A stretch of 64,000 nt of DNA, from NCBI RefSeq assembly GCF_011386835.1, contig NC_088807.1:25854001-25918000 (forward strand), given 5' to 3'. A model generated the notes under the pieces. That model saw only the letters and a program-made list of their open reading frames with translations, was not told the origin of the DNA and did not search any database. A program made the translations under genes and the position numbers. The stretch comes from Chrysemys picta bellii. Its lineage: Eukaryota. Positions 58,467 to 64,000 of this stretch are shown one piece after another. How positions within the stretch are numbered: position 1 is the stretch's first letter; every line of letters begins with the position of its first letter.

Positions 58467-58639
58467 ATGGATTTTGCCACCTTGGGGGGGCAGGAGATGA
58501 CCCCCCATTTCCTGGAGCCCCCCCTCCTGCCGCCGGCCGATGAATCCGCGGTCTTCTTCCACGGAGCCGAGGGCGGGGACCCCCGGGGCCCTCGCTACCT
58601 ACTTCTCCCGGACACCGGAGTCCTACCGCAGCACGCCGG
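58467..58639 (+). CDS. GATA1: GATA1 first coding exon (exon 2), left copy, with a +1 insertion in a C-run
   Basis: Acceptor at 58444/58445, 22-nt UTR, MDFATLGGQEMTPHFLEPPLLPPADESAVFFHGAEGGD..., phase-1 donor CCG G|GTAGGT. It resembles human MEFPGLG...ESGVFFPSGPEG...LAYYRDAEAYRHSP; Xp11.23 synteny and upstream GATA elements support the call. One extra base at about 58580-58584. Confidence 0.8.
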
Positions 58640-58887
58640 GTAGGTTGCCAGAGCCCGCCCGCCCACCGCAGGGCTCCTCGGAGGGGCATCGCCTGGGGCT
58701 ACCCACAGAGGGCACCGTTACCGCGGGCTGTGTGGTTGCCACGGCTACTGGGGCCACGGTTGCGTGGCTGCCTGTGGTGTCCCCAGGGCTCCTGTGGGGA
58801 GGGAGTGGGCATGGCCTGCCGCCTGCCTGGTTGGCATGGCAACAGTGCCATTGCTATCCCATTGTGTGGGGTTGTCGTGGTCGCCGT

Positions 58888-59387
58888 NNNNNNNNNNNNN
58901 NNNNNNNNNNNNNNNNNNNNNNNNNNNNNNNNNNNNNNNNNNNNNNNNNNNNNNNNNNNNNNNNNNNNNNNNNNNNNNNNNNNNNNNNNNNNNNNNNNNN
59001 NNNNNNNNNNNNNNNNNNNNNNNNNNNNNNNNNNNNNNNNNNNNNNNNNNNNNNNNNNNNNNNNNNNNNNNNNNNNNNNNNNNNNNNNNNNNNNNNNNNN
59101 NNNNNNNNNNNNNNNNNNNNNNNNNNNNNNNNNNNNNNNNNNNNNNNNNNNNNNNNNNNNNNNNNNNNNNNNNNNNNNNNNNNNNNNNNNNNNNNNNNNN
59201 NNNNNNNNNNNNNNNNNNNNNNNNNNNNNNNNNNNNNNNNNNNNNNNNNNNNNNNNNNNNNNNNNNNNNNNNNNNNNNNNNNNNNNNNNNNNNNNNNNNN
59301 NNNNNNNNNNNNNNNNNNNNNNNNNNNNNNNNNNNNNNNNNNNNNNNNNNNNNNNNNNNNNNNNNNNNNNNNNNNNNNNNNNNNNNN
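58888..59387. other. Scaffold gap (500 N)
   Basis: Exactly 500 N. Confidence 0.99.
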
Positions 59388-59760
59388 GAAGGAACCCACA
59401 GCTGCCACGGGGACACAAAACCCGTCGCCATGGCGAGGCCGGGGCCACGGCAACCATGGGATGAGGCCATGGGGAACCACGGCAGGAGAAACCCCGACAA
59501 GGGGCGGGCACCACGACGACCACGACAACCCCACACAATGGGATAGCAATGGCACTGTTGCCATGCCAACCAGGCAGGCGGCAGGCCATGCCCACTCCCT
59601 CCCCACAGGAGCCCTGGGGACACCACAGGCAGCCACGCAACCGTGGCCCCAGTAGCCGTGGCAACCACACAACCCACGGTAACGGTGCCCTCTGTGGGTG
59701 GCCCCAGGCGATGCCCCTCCGAGGAGCCCTGCGGTGGGCGGGCGGGCTCTGGCCACCTAC

Positions 59761-59932
59761 CCGGCGTGCTGCGGTAGGACTCCGGTGTCCGGGAGAAGTA
59801 GGTAGCGAGGGCCCCAGGGTCCCCGCCCTCGGCTCCGTGGAAGAAGACTGCAGATTCATCGGCCGGCGGCAGGAGGGGGGGCTCCAGGAAATGGGGGGTC
59901 ATCTCCTGCCCCCCCAAGGTGGCAAAATCCAT
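59761..59932 (-). CDS. GATA1: GATA1 first coding exon (exon 2), right inverted copy, intact frame
   Basis: 172 nt = MDFATLGG...GDPGALATYFSRTPESYRSTP + G; acceptor at 59955/59954, donor GT at 59760-59759. Confidence 0.82.
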
Positions 59933-62900
59933 CCCAGGCACAAGAGCTCCTGACCTAGATGGGGAATTTACATGAGGGACAAGACACAGGGTGTCAGGAC
60001 TCCTGGGTTCTCTCCCTGGCTCCAGGAGGGGAGTGGAGGGGAGCCAGGACTCCTGGGTTCCACCCCTGTCTTGGGGAGGGGAGTGAGGTCTGGTGGTTAG
60101 AGACGCAGCCAAGAGCAAAGCAAAGTTTAAAGAGGAGGCAACGCCGGTCGGTCTCCCCCAGCGACCGCGAGCGGCCGGCCCTCCCCCCGGACCATCAAGG
60201 ACACGTTCCCGGGGGGGAGAAGCCCGTTCTTGAGAGAGGCCACGTGTGAAAACGGCTGTTCGTTAGCGTGCAAACGCACCGATTCCATGTGCGAATTGGG
60301 CCAGGTCGGGGGGAGGCCGCTGGCTGCCGTGTTTTGCCAGGCGAACGGTTTATACAGCGTTACCGGTTGGCATCTCGAGGGCAGGGCCGTGCACGCACCA
60401 GCCAGGTCACCATTCTCACCACGGCAGGGGCTGGGGGACGAAACCCACCCGCCCGGCCCCAGGTTCGGGGGGCACTGAGAGACGCAGGGGAGCCCCGGCC
60501 GGACCGAGGGCACGAGCACAAGGACCGGGCCAGGGCGGAGCGAGAGGCCCTGGGGCCACGAGGGGAAACGTGGGGCTTATGGGACTGAAAACAATGGGTC
60601 TGTCCCTCTCCCGATGCCTGAGCTCACCCTTCCCTCCCTGCATGGCCCCCCTCCCTTCACCCCCCACACCTCCATACCCCCATCCCTCCCTCCATCCAGC
60701 CCCCACACCCCCCATCCATGCCTCCCTCCATCCTCCCCATCCATCCCACCCCTTCCTCCCTCCTTTCCTACATGGCCCTCCATCCCTCCCTGCATCCCTC
60801 CATCCAGCCCCCACACCCCCCATCCATCCCTCCCTCCATCCTCCCCATCCATCCCACCCCTCCCTCCCTCCTTTCCTACATGGCCCTCCATCCCTCCCTG
60901 AACGCCCCCCCCCTTCCTCCCTCCACCTCCCCTTCATCCCTCCCTCCATCCAGCCCCCACACCCCCCTCCATCCCACCCCTCCCTCCCTCCTTTCCTACA
61001 TGGCCCTCCATCCCTCCCTGCATCCCTGCATCCCTCCATCCAGCCCCCACACCCCCCATCCCTCCCTCCCTCCATCCTCCCCACCCATCCCACCCCTCCC
61101 CCCCTCCTTTCCTACATGGCCCTCCATCCCTCCCTGCATCCCTCCATCCAGCCCCCACACCCCCCATCCATCCCTCCCTCCATCCTCCCCATCCATCCCT
61201 CCTTTCCTACATGGCCCTCCATCCCTCCCTGCATCCCTCCATCCAGCCCCCACACCCCCCTCCATCCCTCCCTCCATCCTCCCCATCCATCCCACCCCTT
61301 CCTCCCTCCTTTCCTACATGGCCCTCCCTCCCTCCAGCCCCCACACCCCCCTCCATCCCTCCCTCCATCCTCCCCATCCATCCCACCCCTCCCTCCCTCC
61401 TTTCCTACATGGCCCTCCATCCCTCCCTGAACGCCCCCCCTTCCTCCCTCCACCTCCCCTTCATCCCTCCCTCCTTGCATCCCTCCATCCAGCCCCCACA
61501 CCCCCCTCCATCCTCCCCATCCATCCCACCCCTCTCTCCCTCCTTTCCTACATGGCCCTCCATCCCTCCCTCCCTGCATCCAGCCCCCCTCCATCCAGCC
61601 CCCACACACCCCTCCATCCCTGCATTCCTCCATCCAGCCCCCACACCCCCCATCCATGCCTCCCTCCATCCTCCCCATCCATCCCACCCCTCCCTCCCTC
61701 CCTCCTTTCCTACATGGCCCTCCATCCCTCCCTGAACGCCCCCCCTCCCTCCCTCCCTCCGCCTCCCCTTCATCCCTCCAGCCCCTCCCTCCATGCTCAT
61801 CCCTCCCTCCTTTCCTACACGCCCCATCCATCCCCCATCCACACCCCTCCCTACCTAGCCCTCCATCCCCTCCACCCCCCTTGTTTCCCCATCCCCACCT
61901 CTGCCTCCAGCCAGCCAGCCAGGCCCGGGGACCCCACCCCTATATATGGCCAAGGGAGGGTTACCCCGGAAGGCGCTGCCCCTGCCCCGACCAATCTCTG
62001 CATCTCTCTGTCTATCTCCCCCCATCTCTCCTTCTCAGAAGTGGTGCCTCCAGCCCGGCCGGGGAGGCCCCTTTCCTCCCGGCCCTATCCGCCCCCCGAT
62101 CTCGCACGCAGCCCCCCAGCGGCCGCCAGGGCCTGGCCCCGCTGTGAACCCAGGAGTCCTGCCCCCCCACTCCCCTCCCCAGGGACTGAACCCAGGAGTC
62201 CTGCCCCCCCACTCCCCTCCCCTCCGCAGGGACTGAACCCAGGAGTCCTGCCCCCACCCACTCCCCTCCGCAGGGACTGAACCCAGGAGTCCTGCCCCCC
62301 CACTCCCCTTCCCTCCCCTCCCCTCCCCAGGGACTGAACCCAGGAGTCCTGGCTGCAGGGGCGGGGGGAAGAGGGTGGCGCAGTGCAGAGGAAGTCGGCA
62401 CCATCTCAAAACTGATTTCAAAAGCTGCCCTTGCCTCATCCCTGCCAACGCAGCAGAGATGGGGCAGATAACACGGGGCGGGGGCAGCGAACTAACCACC
62501 CCACAATGGAGGGGGGCAGGGAGCCTGGGTTCTCTCCAGCTCTGGGAGGGGAGGGGGTCGACTGGGGTTAGAACGGGGGGCTGGGAGCCAGGTCGCCTGG
62601 GTTCTCTCCGGCTCTGGGAGGGGAGGGGGTCGACTGGGGTTAGAACGGGGGGCTGGGAGCCAGGTCGCCTGGGTTCTCTCCGGCTCTGGGAGGGGAGGGG
62701 GGTCGACTGGGGTTAGAGCAGGGGGGCTGGGAGCCAGGTCGCCTGGGTTCTCTCCGGCTCTGGGAGGGGAGGGGGGTCGACTGGGGTTAGAGCAGGGGGG
62801 CTGGGAGCCAGGTCGCCTGGGTTCTCTCCGGCTCTGGGAGGGGAGGGGGTCGACTGGGGTTAGAGCAGGGGGGCTGGGAGCCAGGTCGCCTGGGTTCTCT

Positions 62901-64000
62901 CCGGCTCTGGGAGGGGAGGGGGTTGACTGGGGTTAGAGCAGGGGGCTGGGAGCCAGGTCGCCTGGGTTCTCTCCCGGGCTCTACATAAAGGTCGGTCAGG
63001 GGGTGTATTTCCCCACCCCACTCTGTGCCCTGTTCTTCTCACGTTGTGAATTTTGTTGCTCTTTTAATCTCCTGTCCATTCGTAAATCACAATTCAACCC
63101 AGCCCTGCCACCACCACCGAACACACACTCCCAGCCCCCCCTCACCGCACAAATGCACCCCCTTCGCCGCTACTTAACCATCCCCACGGTGCCACCCCAC
63201 CATGATCAACACACACACAAACCACTGCCCCGAAACAACGCACAATCCCAGACCACGAGGACACACACCCAGCAGAGCTCAGCCTCGCCAGCAGGGGCAT
63301 CAGGGACGGACACGGACACACACACACACACACACACTCTACAAAGACAGGCAAAGAAATCCAGACTAAATCACAACTCCCTCCGCGACACACAAGCACT
63401 CTCCAAAATACCACACCCTAGAAAAACACACAAACACCCCACAAAGCCAACACTCAGCACCCCCAGAACAACAGACTCACATGTCGGACAACACACGCAG
63501 AGAAATACATCCCAAAAAAGCCCCCCCACCCAGCCACAACACGCTGCTAACCCACGGATACGGCACACACAAGCTAACAAGCCAACACAAACCCCTGCCA
63601 CACAAACAGCTAAGACATACACACCCACCAAACAACCACAACAGCCCACACAGACATGCCAAATCAACACAAACAACACATCAAGTCACAGCCACCGAAA
63701 CTATCGCCCGCCACATGAAACACACCGCACAGGCAGTCCCAAACAGCGCACCCTCCCCCGGCCCCCCCACCACAGCCCAAACCACACACAGCATAAACAA
63801 CACACACAAAAACACACAGATGCACCTTCAGTACTACAAAAACACAGCCCAGTCCCACACAAAGAGACACAACCCAGAAAGAGACACCCCTCAACACCAC
63901 TGCAAAGACACACAACCCAAACACACACCCCACCACATCCCGGAGACAGACACACAAAGACACACAACCCAAGGGGACATCCTCTCCCCACCACTACAAA

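Larger units (their letters stand above)
53768..64000. repeat. Large inverted duplication centred on the second gap (left arm 53768-58887, right arm ~59514-64000, extends past the window end)
   Basis: The right arm is the reverse complement of the left throughout (e.g. 64000-63991 matches 53768-53777), with scattered substitutions and different VNTR copy numbers. Confidence 0.95.

Noticed and set aside
55782-62280. 795-aa and 520-aa Pro/Ser/His-rich ORFs
   Set aside because: Products of the polypurine VNTR; low complexity, in multiple frames.

Overview
Vertebrate genomic DNA, extremely GC-rich and packed with minisatellites. The CR1 LINEs, LTR fragments and dispersed ~63-bp and ~85-bp repeats point to a turtle (inference). 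The window is homologous to the human Xp11.2 gene block. Spliced genes were rebuilt exon by exon from GT-AG boundaries: PFKFB1 (-, liver exon 1 to exon 11 plus a muscle-type alternative first exon; 3' exons lie beyond base 1), WDR45 (+, two 1-nt deletions), SLC35A2 (+), PQBP1 (-), TIMM17B (+), CDK20 (+) and the 5' part of GATA1 (GATA elements, putative exon 1, coding exon 2). There are two 500-N scaffold gaps. The second is the symmetry centre of a >=4.5-kb inverted duplication that carries a second GATA1 exon 2, either a haplotype false duplication or a true palindrome. Also notable: intronic tandem repeats that multiply real splice donors or branch points, a ZNF143/Staf-like site array and an RFX X-box at CDK20, conserved GATA1 autoregulatory motifs, and a degenerate Gypsy (probably Gmr1-like) LTR element. 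No rRNA, tRNA or CRISPR array was found.
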